Made by a program: the position numbers and the translations under genes | The notes under the pieces: generated by a model | The model's database searches: none | The model's input: the letters and a program-made list of their open reading frames with translations, nothing else | What the model was told of the DNA's origin: nothing | NCBI GenBank assembly: GCA_964247055.1 | Contig: OZ176056.1 | Location: 2,914,001-2,978,000 of the forward strand | Length of the DNA: 64,000 nt | Direction of reading: 5' to 3' | From: Paragordius varius | Taxonomy: Eukaryota > Animalia > Nematomorpha | In this document: in pieces, positions 40,019-52,286 of the stretch | Numbering within the stretch: position 1 is the first letter of the stretch | How the letters are laid out: the number at the start of each line of letters is the position of its first letter

Positions 40019-43000
40019 TTAAGAATTATGGAAGGAATATAAACCATGACAATTTTGCACTTATATAACATTAATAAACCGGAATATATAAAAAAATTTC
40101 AAAAATACTTGATATTACTCATTTTAAGGTAAAACCTAAAGGTAATTTAGTCAAAGTCGCATATCATTGATTAATACAAAAAAACCACTTTTTTTATAGA
40201 TATCAATTTTAGATATGATTTAAATAAAAAATTAGTTTTACTATACCATGAAAATAAATGAACACGATATTTTGAAAAAAATTTGCAAAACAAAAATTGC
40301 GTCCAAGTAGTTGGGCATGAAAATTTTTTTCAAATTAAATTTTATTTAGATATTTTAGCTTATTTATATAATTTTTATTGGGATAGAAGCATGAATTTTA
40401 ATTAGGACTGTTTCCTTCAGTAGTTTTTTTTTACATTTTAAATTTAATTAGGTCTGTTTAATCCAAATTGAATCAAAGTGTTCAAATGACACAAAGATGC
40501 TGAGCGCGCTGAAAAATTTAATTTTATCCTAAATTATAACTTAAAATATTATTTAAAACTGCAGTTTTAAATTTTAAAAATTAACTATTATATTATGTTA
40601 ATATTCTGTCCCATATTCATACTATTTTTTGGTATGAAAACGGGATAAAAACACTAATATATATTTAAAAATATTGTTAATATAATAATGATAAACATTT
40701 TTAATATCTCAAACTTTAAATATTCGTTAATTTATGATTCATCTTAAATATTTTTTTACAAAATTCCATCTAAATTTTAAAGGAAAGGCTTTTAATTGAA
40801 ATTTTGCGTAAGTAGTGTTCAGCATCATCAAATTATATAGAATTAAAGTAAAGTGTTTTTATGCGGTTTCTATTATAAAATTGTACGAAATACGTTCCAA
40901 CAATGTTAAAAATAAATTTTTGAAAAAAAAGGATGCATTTTTTAAAAAATAATTTTAGTTAATAAAATTTAGCTTAATTTATCATATTTATTGCGCCTCG
41001 GCATTTTTGCCTTTATTGTAAGAGAACAGCCCATTATAAAAGAACCAAAAAGTTTGGGACTTTTGGAGCCCCAATCCTATAACTAATTCTTTTAAAATAA
41101 TTGTTTGGCTTTTTATTAGTAGTTTATTATATATTATATATTTAAAATAAAGCTTATAGCTTTTAAAGAAAATTATCTGAAAAAATGTGTGCAGATTTTG
41201 TCAATTCTATATTAAGTATAGTAAAAAAGTGTTCTATATTGCTCGTAAGTAAAAGGAAATGCACCAAGATATTCCCAATATAAATCCTTATCAAAATATT
41301 ATTATATCAGGGTATCTTTTTGTTACCCCCCATTGGAAGCAGTGTGATACTGAGCATCTTTATTTTAGGCTAAATGCTTTATTTCAAAAATATTATAGTA
41401 TTACATACTATAATTTAAAGCAGAACAATATCTTAATATTTTAATTTAAAAAGTGGTCCAAGTCTCAAAATATTTAAACCGTTAAATGGTCTAGTTATCT
41501 TAAAAAACGCAATGCGGATGAGATAACAACATTTTTAATATATAATTGTTTCGCAACATGTTGAACATATTTTTAGATGCAATGTATAAAACACTTTAAG
41601 TGAAAATATTTGAATGCCAAATGTTAGAATAGGGTTCGAGGTTTAATTAAGTTCAACATCAACGATATATATATAGAAAAGGGGTATATATACAAAGGTT
41701 TGTTTTACCGTTTCACCATACTCGAAAACATCTTAAAATACGCATCAAAATTTTATAAAATTATAACTTTTAACCAAACTAGGCTTTTAATATAATGTTT
41801 GATGTTATATCCCATATATGCAAATTCTTATCGCAAAATTTAGTTTATTTTAGAAGGCGTCAAATATATATGACGTTCGAGACTCACATCTTATAATTAG
41901 AATTAAAGAAGCTTGCTTTCTTTTAATACTCCTGACATTTTGGGGTAATATACCCTATCCTTTTACCTTTTATAGACGCTTGCAAAAAAAATTTATTTAA
42001 AATTCCTTATTTAATACTTTTTACACGCCATTTTTTCAATTATTTAAATCGCTAGTACAACATGCAATAAATAAATATGTTGGTTGAACAACGTAAGCAA
42101 TTAACTTTCGAAGGCTCTAATTACGATTTAACACCAAATTTTCGTAATTGATTTCGATATCAGTTGTGCTTTTGAATCTGTTCTGGAGCTATCTATATTT
42201 AGGGCTCTGGAAAAAATTAAAATTTAAGTTTTTTACACCCTGTGTCACTGCGTAAAAATTTATTTCTTAGATAGCCCAGCGAATTCATTTGGCGAAAAAA
42301 ATTAATTTATAGATGAGCTGGTTGACATAAGAAAAAATTTAAATTTAGCATCTCTTATCATTTAATTTAACACAATAAAATACTTATAAGATTAATAAAT
42401 TATATTTTTTGAGTAATACTGTTTTATTTTGGAATCCTACCTGAGCGGGAAGTGGAATTCAACGATCTGCATACAGGTTTACATATAATATTTTTACTGA
42501 GATTTACGGATATTGGTTGAAATTACATTAATTGTAAATCCTATTTTGCATTAATTTATATAGATTATGATTCCTGCTCATATAAATTCCAAAATAAAAC
42601 AGTTAAATATTTTATTAATTTTATTTAATATATGCGTTTTTAGTATAAATTATAAATGTTAATAAATTTAAAGTTAAAAAATTTTTAAGTTCATAACATT
42701 TTAATTGTGTAAGAAATATGTTAAAGGTTTAAACAGGATTTTTGATCTGAGTTTTAATAAAACCCTAATTATATGATTTTAAGCTATTAAATATGTAAAT
42801 ATCTGATATCTATAAATAATTAAATATCTCAAGTTTAGATTATTTTTTCCTTGAATAGATTTAATTTCCCGATTTTTGCCCAACTTTGATTTTTCAAATT
42901 TAATAAAAAACAAATTACAATTTTTGTGGCATCGCTGGTTATAGGCTATCATATAATAATCGACTCTTTTTGCTTGCAAACAGGGTGCAACATAAGATGC

Positions 43001-43033
43001 GATAATTTAGTATACAATCTTAAAATGAAGATT

Positions 43034-43070
<37 letters not shown>

Positions 43071-43243
43071 CATTACTTATACAAAAATTGCTTATGATTA
43101 TTATTAATAATACGTGAAATAGATCAATTCAATGACAACGTTTTTTTAGTTGTTACTTATTAAGCAGAATTTTCTTAATATATGAAAGCGACTGTTATAG
43201 TTATTACGACCATTTATACTAATAATTTGTTTTATTTATAAAG

Positions 43244-43489
43244 ATCCTTTAGTATCCAAACTCTATCCCGATCAGGTTACAACTGATTTTTCACCAGTTG
43301 TGGAACAAAATCAAACTTATTATGTTAGTATTTATGAAAATGAATTTGAAGTTAACGAAGAATATATAAGGAATAATACCCAACTAACACCCTACACATA
43401 TGAAATACCTCCAAATTTTGAGGGATCATATACTTTTTGTATCACCGCTTCTTTCGAGGAATATTGTGCGGAGGAGATTGATATTCCAG
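43244..43489 (+). CDS. FN3-like module exon B' (paralog of 32483-32701)
   Basis: 246 nt, phase 1-1, donor gttaat. VVEQNQTYYVSIY...TPYTYEIP...CITASFEEYC aligns with VIQKNQLYNVTTY...SPYIHHLP...CISNLIEEYC. Confidence 0.75.
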
Positions 43490-44653
43490 GTTAATATTTT
43501 TAGTATAATCTTATAAGTGCATGCGGATCATTATGCAATTTTTAAATTTTATCTAAAACCTCATCGTGTTAAGTGAAAACGAGTTTAGGTGGTTTCAAAG
43601 CCACGCGAGACAAAAATATGGAATTCAAAATTTTATATTTTTAAAACTCTATAAAGATCATAATTTGGCTGGTTTAATTTATTTTTTTCCATGAACATTT
43701 ATGAAGTGGATATTGAGCCATGTTTTTCCCGAGAGTTATGACGGAAGAGGCCACTAAGCATATATGATCATAATTCATAATTTTACGTTTAAAATTAATT
43801 GTTAAATCCCTCATATAATTGTAAAATTGTCAAACCTGTATTCTCGCTAATATTTATTCCGGATGACTATATTTTAAATTCTGAAATGTTAATATATATA
43901 AGATAAATGATAAAAGGTTTATTAACTTTTATATATTATTACAAAAGGAATTATGCTAGATAAATTTATTAAATGACTAGGGAAGCCATGGTCAAAACCA
44001 CTGGCAACAAAACGGGGTTTAATAATTGATGCTATGAAAAATATATCGCCAATACCTAAAAGTTTTAAGATACGTATAAATTGACTGAGAATACGGTTAA
44101 GCTAGAAAAAGTTTTTGGTAATTTATAATTGACTAAAGTAAATCGCATCTTCACCCTACACCAGGGCAAAAAAATAAAAAACAAGGTACCATCAGCAAAA
44201 ATTTATTCGTTAATATGATGTGGAAACATAAATTTAAAAGCTAAATGTTATTCAATCTGTCGTATTTCAGCAGGGTCTTGGGGGCCTAAATATTAGCTAA
44301 AACATTACGATTTGCTTCAAATATGAATAAAATTTATGTGCGGATAAAATTCTATTTATTTTACCATACACTTACTAGATATTAAGAACGTACCCAATAA
44401 ATAACTCAAAAATAGCAGCAAGATAATAAATATTAACAGTCCTCGAATATTTTCACATTATAAATATTTTTGATGTGATAAAATAATTTTGGCACCATTT
44501 TCGCTTTGGGTTTTATGTATAACAATCCATGTATAAAAATAAAGTCAATTCTTTTTCTACATAAGATTTTACAGAATAAATATAAATATTGGAAATTAAT
44601 TATACTCAATTTCCAATGCATATTATCTAAATCTATATAATCTATATCATATA

Positions 44654-45670
44654 TAAAGGTGTAGTCATAAGTTAAACAAATAGATAAATGAGAGAATCAT
44701 TTATTGTTTAATATGTACACGGCTTCACATTTCGCCCTTGAAGGTTTTGTTGAATCATTTATCAATGTCCTCCAAATTAATGAAGTAGTGCTTTATTAGG
44801 TTGAGCTTCATTGATGTAAAGATGTAATAATCAGATAGAGTCAGTTGAGCAGGGCGGATGCAAAATTTTTTTTTCATCATACAGATTTTAAGGCGTGAAT
44901 CAGCTGTTTGAGACGAAAATTTGTTACGTAGCGAATCACTTTGTCATTTCTGCTCATTGGGGAGGTTTTCCGAGTAATGCATCGTTTAAATTAATCGAGT
45001 TGCTTATTAATGGTTTCCATAGCTTTAAACATAATAAAAATACCAGTAACACATGTTATTTCTAAAGCGATTCAGGTATTTGTGTTAATGGACCCTTGGC
45101 AAAGTAAAGACGATTATTTCCGTTTTGCATTTATAATGAAGCTATTTTTCATCATCAGTCACATTTAGTGCAAAAACACCTCATGACGATTAAGCAGGTT
45201 TCGGAAGTCACTTAATAATTTTCATGTTTATTTAAATTGTGTAGGCCTTTTTTTACCAAGTTTGGCCAATCCCATTGCTAGACGCCTGCTGAATATCCAA
45301 ACATGGAATGCTATTGCCAACTGTTGATTTTGAATTGGGTCCTTATATCCAATAACTATTGTACCTGATCGTCTTAGCAATTATGTGGTCAACCAGAAAG
45401 ACCACGGTTCTTGAACACAATTTTTGATTTTGAAACCATTTTCACGTGATTTAATTGGTATAGCATGTGTTAAAATGACGTTTTTTTTAAACCTTTTTTT
45501 GATGAAACAAAACATTCTTAGCGTTCCGAAAATGTTCTTCGAAGTCAGAAAATTTGATATAATTACCGAGTGATAAAATAAAACGCTACCTTTTTGCGGA
45601 ATCGAAATGCTTATATAGTTTAATATCAAATGAAAAGTTCTATATAAAATCGATCGTTTGCCCACTTTTT
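44654..45670 (-). mobile_element. Degenerate mariner relic
   Basis: TIR-like aaggtgtagtcataagt resembles the 4432 family. Minus-strand remnants INLNDALL and LHPPCS..SDYYIF. The other end was not found. Confidence 0.75.
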
Positions 45671-46232
45671 GCTCATGTCTTCTCTTAGTTAGGTAATTAC
45701 ATAAATTTATATCACAATGTGAGTTTGTGGGAAGGTGTTTTCAATAAGCAATTTTAACTTACTTCCATTTAAAAATCAGAAGATTGCAAGGTAATTAGCA
45801 TCAGTTATTATTAAAATATTGATTATATAGTTTATTATAGGGAAGTTTACTTTCACTATGGTTGCCCTAATTTTTTACCGCATTGTTCTCTTTAAAATCC
45901 AATTTCATAAAATATAACATTAGAAAATATGATAAAGGAGCCTAAATAATGTATTTTAATTTTATACCTGTTTTAATATTAAAACAGTATAAAATTTGTA
46001 CTAAATGATCTCAAATTAAATATAACAAATCTAAAAATTATGATTTTAACTTAGACTTACTTAAAATTAATTCATTTTCCCTTTATGCAAAGATTAAATT
46101 AAAAAATTGTAATATTTTCAAATTATTATCATTAAAATTAGTATCTTTTTCATGTTAGTTATTCAGTATAAAAGGAAGGTGAATATATTTAACTAAAATA
46201 AATGTATATCTATTTACTTTTTTTTCCTTTAG

Positions 46233-46454
46233 CCATGCCGAGTGTCAATATACATTTTACGACGCAAAAAAATGGTGTAAACCTATCTTGGACAGAATAT
46301 AACGGGGTATCGTATTCACTAACCGCTAATGGAAAAATGTTTAAGAATAATATTAAACCAAAATATTTCATTACATATGAGCTGCTTCAATCAAATAAAT
46401 TAATTTTTACTGCATACAACAAGAGAGGAGAAACCAATTTTACTATACCTGAAA
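46233..46454 (+). CDS. FN3-like module exon D
   Basis: Strong acceptor ttttttttcctttag, donor gtaaat, 222 nt, phase 1-1. VNLSW..Y.L and FTAYNKRGE match the FN3 W/Y/A-x-N-x-x-G pattern. Confidence 0.8.
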
Positions 46455-46707
46455 GTAAATTTTAAATGAAAATAACATTATGCATCGTTATTTATTTATT
46501 ATTAATTGTAATTATAATTAAATTCTATCAATTATATTAAAATTTAAAAATTATTCAGATGAATAGTCCCAGATTTTTCTCTTTAAAAATATTAATGGTT
46601 TTTGTTTGTAATGGGTCGCGTTCACTCTTATACAATTATTATTGAGTAAAAAATAATGGTTTATTATGGCACTGCTAATAATATTCCTATATATAATTAT
46701 AACATAG

Positions 46708-46947
46708 CACCTATAATATCCGCAATAAGACCGAGAGAAATAGGGGAAAAAACTACTAAAATAGAGTGGGATTCCAATGTCAACTTTTTTAACATATTTG
46801 AAGGCGAAAACTGCGAAAATTGGTTAAACCATACATCCAATCCATCTTATAGTGTATTCTTAAATGCGTCGACCAAGAAAATATGTATTAGTGGTAGCAA
46901 TGGATACTTCTCTGGCCCAATCAAAACTTTTGTCCTTAAACCAACAA
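46708..46947 (+). CDS. FN3-like module exon C' (paralog of 33275-33526)
   Basis: 240 nt, phase 1-1, donor gtatgt. Contains TKIEW and IFEGENCENWLNHTS, and ends KPT as exon C ends IPT. Confidence 0.78.
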
Positions 46948-47439
46948 GTATGTGCAATATATGTTTTAACATGTTTTATATCACATGTTATGCCAACAAA
47001 TTAATATTGCCACCTACCCACGGTGTTGGCTTAGGCATGAAAATGCCCAAACGGCAAAGGCCAGTTTCTAATGATCAGTAAAATCATTAGTTGTACACAA
47101 GGGCATTTGCACTACGTAAAAATTGCATCAGATTACCAAAAATATTATAAATATGAATTTCGTGGTACGAAAACTACGAATCCGGAGTCCTACCCTATGA
47201 TGATGTATCACATGTTAGTATATTATTTACAGTTCAAATTCACCCTTGAAAAACTCAAATTCAACCTCGTCAATTCAATTCGCCCTAAACTGAATTATGT
47301 GCTTTTTAAGATTAAAACTTACCTTATTTTTTAATATTTTTAAAATATGAAACTCTGTTTAAAATTAATATAATGCTGAAAAAATAATAAACTATATCGT
47401 AAAAATATATCTCATATTACTGATAAGTTATGTTAGAAC

Positions 47440-48130
47440 TAGGGTTGTGCTGACCAAGTTATGACCGGTCAATTGACCGAGTCATGACCAGGTCAGTGAA
47501 TATTTATTTTTTAACCATGGTCATTTAAAAAAACAACTGTTTTTGAAAAATTGAATTTTTTTTGGAAGAAAGATATAAAGATTGTATAGTTTTTTAATAT
47601 ATTTTCTAAAAAATATATTTTAAATATGCTTATTTAACAATATGATATTGTTAAACATGCATTTTTATAACATTAGGATTTAATATCCAGTTATTTCGAA
47701 AAACAAAACAATAAAGAGCTTTTCAAAATATGGAATTATTCCATATCTGTGAACCAATAAAATGAATAACATTATATAATTGTATATTTTAATGATGAAA
47801 GAAAGTGTCAAACAAACTAGGTAAAATTTAATTTGAAATATCCAGTATAAGCTATGTATTTGAAGCTTCAGAAGGCCACAAACATGTGGCAAAATTCAAT
47901 TTTATACAAATTTCTTGATTAAATTTGGTTAATATTTGTAAATAAATATTAAAAAAATGTATACTACAATCTTTTTAAAAAATATGATATTATTAGTGAA
48001 ACGCAAGTGTAATTCGAACTTTATTTTGACAATCCAAAATCGCAAGATACTTAATTAAGTAAAAAGTGGTCATGACCCTGACTGGGTCTGACCGGACTTT
48101 TTTGAAAAAGCAGTCAAATGCACAACCCTA
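47440..48130. mobile_element. hAT-type MITE with TAGGG ends
   Basis: 11-bp TIR TAGGGTTGTGC / GCACAACCCTA, 8-bp TSD (g/a)TTAGAAC with 7 of 8 matching, and clustered subterminal TGACC/GGTCA motifs at both ends. Confidence 0.82.
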
Positions 48131-48875
48131 ATTAGAACACATAATATATTTGTAGGGTAGATTCGAATTGTTGAAGAGCGAATTTGAATTGTTCGTTAGG
48201 CCATTTTTTCTTTTGACTAATTATAAAATATGCAGTAAATTTTTGAATTCTTCATATAACCTCTCTTAAAAACAACCGCAAAATCTTATATATTATTAAT
48301 ATATGATTATGAAATTTCAATAAATTTGGTAAAAAAAAAGTTTAAAGTTATATTGCCTAACACTTCATGTTTCAATTTTTTCCCGAGTGACATATTGGGA
48401 TAGTTGTATATCTAAGAGATCCATTATAAGTTAAACTACTGTTTTGAAAGTTATTTTAGTAAAAAATTATCAAACATTGTCAGGTAAGATAAAAAAGCAT
48501 ATACTTTTTTTACAGATTTGTGACTACTAGAGTCCAAAAAAAATCGGAACAGCTCATATAAAAAATATATATCATGTTTTCGCTGATGTTTGCAAAGTTA
48601 ATTATTTACCTTTTTAACCATAAAATACACTTTATTAGCCTTGTTGCATTGGCGATTTAATAAAAATTATAGAAAAAATGGCGGTGAAAAGTTAGAGATG
48701 AAAATTGTTTTAAAAATTTGTATAATGCGCCAAAGCACTAAAGAATATACCTTAAATCAGGGGTATCTAACACAAATGGCTTAAAGAGCCACATTTAAAT
48801 TAATATAATTCAAGACAAAAGTATCAACTAAATATATTCCTCAAACTTTCATAGATGTGTTAATTTTTATATTAA

Positions 48876-50083
48876 ACTAGCGTGAATCTCGTGCTGCTAC
48901 GCAGCCCGAGGAAGTCCTTCGGACTTCTGTGGAGGGGGGGGGGGGGGGTTCGAAGTTTGGATTTGAATGGGTCTACCGTTTTTCCTGTAGATCACAAAGC
49001 CAGCATTTTCCATTTTTATAAATATATAGATTACCATAAATAATGTATTAATATCCATATATCTTTTAACATGCTATACATATGATAGATACTCCTTACT
49101 CAGCATCTATCATCAAAGAAACGCTTGACTAAAATTTTTGCCTTTTAACAGGCAATACGAAAAATCTTTCTCGAATTTTTACAGTCTCATACCGTGGGCA
49201 AAAAAATACAATCAAAAAATTATTTTTGTGAACTTTGTTTTTTGAAAAAAATGGCATTTTTCGGGGGGAGCGGGTAAAAAGAGGACCTAAATCAAAAAAG
49301 TGACTCGACTATGTTCGGCGCAATCGAAAATAAGTAAACAAAAATCATATTTGAAATTGAATGGTCCAACACGTTCTCCAAAAAATTGACTTAACCCATT
49401 TTTCACACCGGGTGGGCCCAAACTGGGGACCTAATTCCAAAAAAGGGCGAAGCTATTGTCGGGGCATTCATTAATGATTAAATTTTTCCGATGTTTGGAT
49501 TTAAAAGGCTCCACCGGTTTTCCGGAAACAGATCACAAAGTTATATGAAAAATCAGTTTTTAGCGGGTAGCTCCTTACCCAGCAGCTATCATCAAATAAA
49601 CGGTGGACTAAAATTTTTGCCTTTTAACAGGGAATACGTGGAATCTTTATTGAATTTTTACGGTCTCGTACCTAGGGCGAAAAATCGATTTAAAAAATTA
49701 TTTTTGTGGACTTTGTTTTTTGAAAAAAATGGCATTTTACGGGGGGAGCGGGTAAAAAGAGGGCCTAAATCAAGTGACTCGACTATATTCGGCGCAATCG
49801 AAAATAAGTAAACAAAAATCATATTTGAAATTGAATGGTCCAACACGTTCTCCGGAAAATTGTCTCAAAAACACGATTTTGTGGACTTCTGTTTTTAAAA
49901 AAACCCGTTTTTCATACGGGGTGGGCCCGAACTGGGGGCCTATTTCAAAAAAAGGGCGAAGCTATTGTCGGGACATTTATTAATGATTATATTTTTTCGA
50001 TATTTGGATTTGATTGGATCTACCGGTTTTCCTGTACCAGATCACAAAGCCAGCATTTTCCATTTTTATAAATATATAGATTA
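48876..50083 (+). mobile_element. Helitron/Helentron-like repeat with two tandem internal units of about 500 bp
   Basis: Ends ACTAGCGTG...TATAGATTA. The internal unit repeats at about 48955, 49495 and 50005 (last one partial). Its tail is also window positions 1-105. Confidence 0.62.
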
Positions 50084-50334
50084 AAAAAAACAACCATAGT
50101 GTGAGACGCGTATCGTCCTTGTTAAGGACTTATTCATAATGAACAGCATACTCTGTCAGTATTTTAAGATTTTAAGACGAGTGATAACGAAAGAGAAAAC
50201 AGAGAACTTAAGGCCTGGATTGGGCAACCAATTGTAGTTAGATCAAGCTAATTATCATAATTCCTTCTTATCCATCAGCCAGGATAGGGAATTTATAATT
50301 AAAATTCACCAATTTTTTGGTGGCCATTTTTATA

Positions 50335-51006
50335 TACCATTTACACTTCAAGAGTGTCCTTGAACAATTCAAGTTGGTCCTTGAACAATTCAAGTTGGTC
50401 CTTGAACAATTCAAGTTGGTCCTTGAACAATTCAAGTTGGTCCTTTAACTTTTTTGTTTTGTTTTTAACTTTTATCAATCAAATCGAAAATAATTCGTCT
50501 ATTTTATTGTTTTTAACCTATTTTCTATTATTTAACATAATTTTTAATCGATATCAACTTTTAATCTTTGAGAAACCGTATATCTTTATTAATTTCTTAA
50601 AATAATTTTGGATATTTATAAGATTTTAGCACGAAATGAAAAAATATATAAGTTTTCTAGGTTATTAATTAAAATTTTTTATTAAAAACATTTAAAAGTC
50701 AAAAATTTTGTTCAATTGAAAAAAAATAGTTTGAAACAAAAAAAAAGGTTTTTCAATATTAATTTTTATTTTTAAATGAATAAATATATAATAAATAAAG
50801 AAAATTAGGTTTAAAAATAATTAAATAAAAAAATAAATGCAAAAATTATGGTTAAATCAAAATTTATAAATTTTAAGGACCAAATTGAACTGTTCAAGGA
50901 CCAACTTGAATTGTTCAAGGACCAACTTGAATTGTTCAAGGACCAACTTGAATTGTTCAAAGACCAACTTGAATTGTTCAAGGACACTCTTGAAGTGTAA
51001 ATGGTA
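50335..51006. mobile_element. Foldback-like MITE with subterminal 21-bp tandem arrays; TA target duplication
   Basis: Ends TACCATTTACACTTCAAGAGTGTCC / GGACACTCTTGAAGTGTAAATGGTA. Four copies of TTGAACAATTCAAGTTGGTCC on the left and five inverted copies on the right. The empty site is visible in copy 1 at about 357-360. Confidence 0.92.
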
Positions 51007-52286
51007 TATTTAAGGCTAGGCTAATATTTACGATCTCCATATTATGTTGTTATTAAATACAAAAATGGCTTTTTCCGCCAAGATTTTTGTGAATTTTAAC
51101 TAATAAAAATATAAAATTTTGCTGTTAAATTGTACATGAATGGAAAATTAAACTTTAATTTTTATAAACATTATATAATATAGCATGATGTATATTTTTC
51201 ACAAGGACAACCCAAACCACCTTACTTAAAATCCTGCTGTACTATGTTTAGCATGCAATATTTATATATATAAAGATATTAGAAAAAAATGTATGGAGTA
51301 CCGAATCTTTTATAATTGTATTAAAATAAATCCGACATTCTAATATAGATCAATATTAACAATGAGCTGCTTGTTTCACCGATTTGAACATATTCTTTAC
51401 CATGAACCATGTAATGAAATGTTGTTATTTTTATATAATAATCTGCTTTATAGCACAATTCAAAAATATGGCTTTTCACTAAATAAATAAAAAACATTTA
51501 CCAATTCTAAATATTTTCCAATACATAATTTATAATTCCAATAATATGGGTAGTTGTAAAAGGTAACAAAGGTATGAAACGTAAAACTGAAAAGATATTT
51601 ATTCGGTTTTTTGTGTTTATATATACTATAGTGAACATAATTTGCATGATAACAATAAAATTTCGAGTAACAAAGGATATGATATTTACATAGTACAAAA
51701 AAATATAAAAATAAGACATTGCAAATCTCACTAAAGATTATAGTATATAAACAAAACATATATTCATATGTTAAGTATTGCATTTTAAAAATGGGACTGG
51801 GGTTTTGAATATGGCTTTTTTACAAAATAATTAACAAAAAGTTTAGCAGTGGAAGTATTCTAAAGATTCTCAGATTGTAAAGGAAATAAATGATTCAATG
51901 AATGTGATGAAAAATAATAAAAAATATTATGAAAATTTTTGTGTAAATCAATAAAAAATTTTCAATTCCTTTTCAACACCCCTTCTTGAATGCTCGTTTT
52001 TGAGTTTTTATTTCAAATCGCTCAGAGATATACAACTCCCCCAAAATGTCATAGACTATATAAATACCACCTTTATATTATAGTTTTTTCGACAAATATA
52101 TAAATCCTAATTCTCTATCAAAAATTAATGCGTTTACATAATTGCATCTAAAGCAATTTAACCATTCAATTTAGCTAAGGCTTGACTAAAAACTAGGAAA
52201 AAAATTAATAACTATGAAATTATGTGAATCATTGTAGATCCAAAATTTTTGTTTAATATTAGTAATATTTATTTATATACAATTAG

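Noticed and set aside
42413-42474. Possible additional exon near cctacctgagcgggaagtggaattc
   Set aside because: Splice phases are incompatible or the acceptor is weak, and there is no similarity to the other modules.
47132-47164. Possible 33-nt phase-1 exon DYQKYYKYEFR after exon C'
   Set aside because: Weak acceptor and donor, and no second copy in the window to test conservation.
50354-50605. ORF with SLNNSSW heptad repeats; also considered as a CRISPR-like array
   Set aside because: It is a translation of the MITE's 21-bp tandem repeats. The repeats are contiguous with no spacers and the context is eukaryotic.
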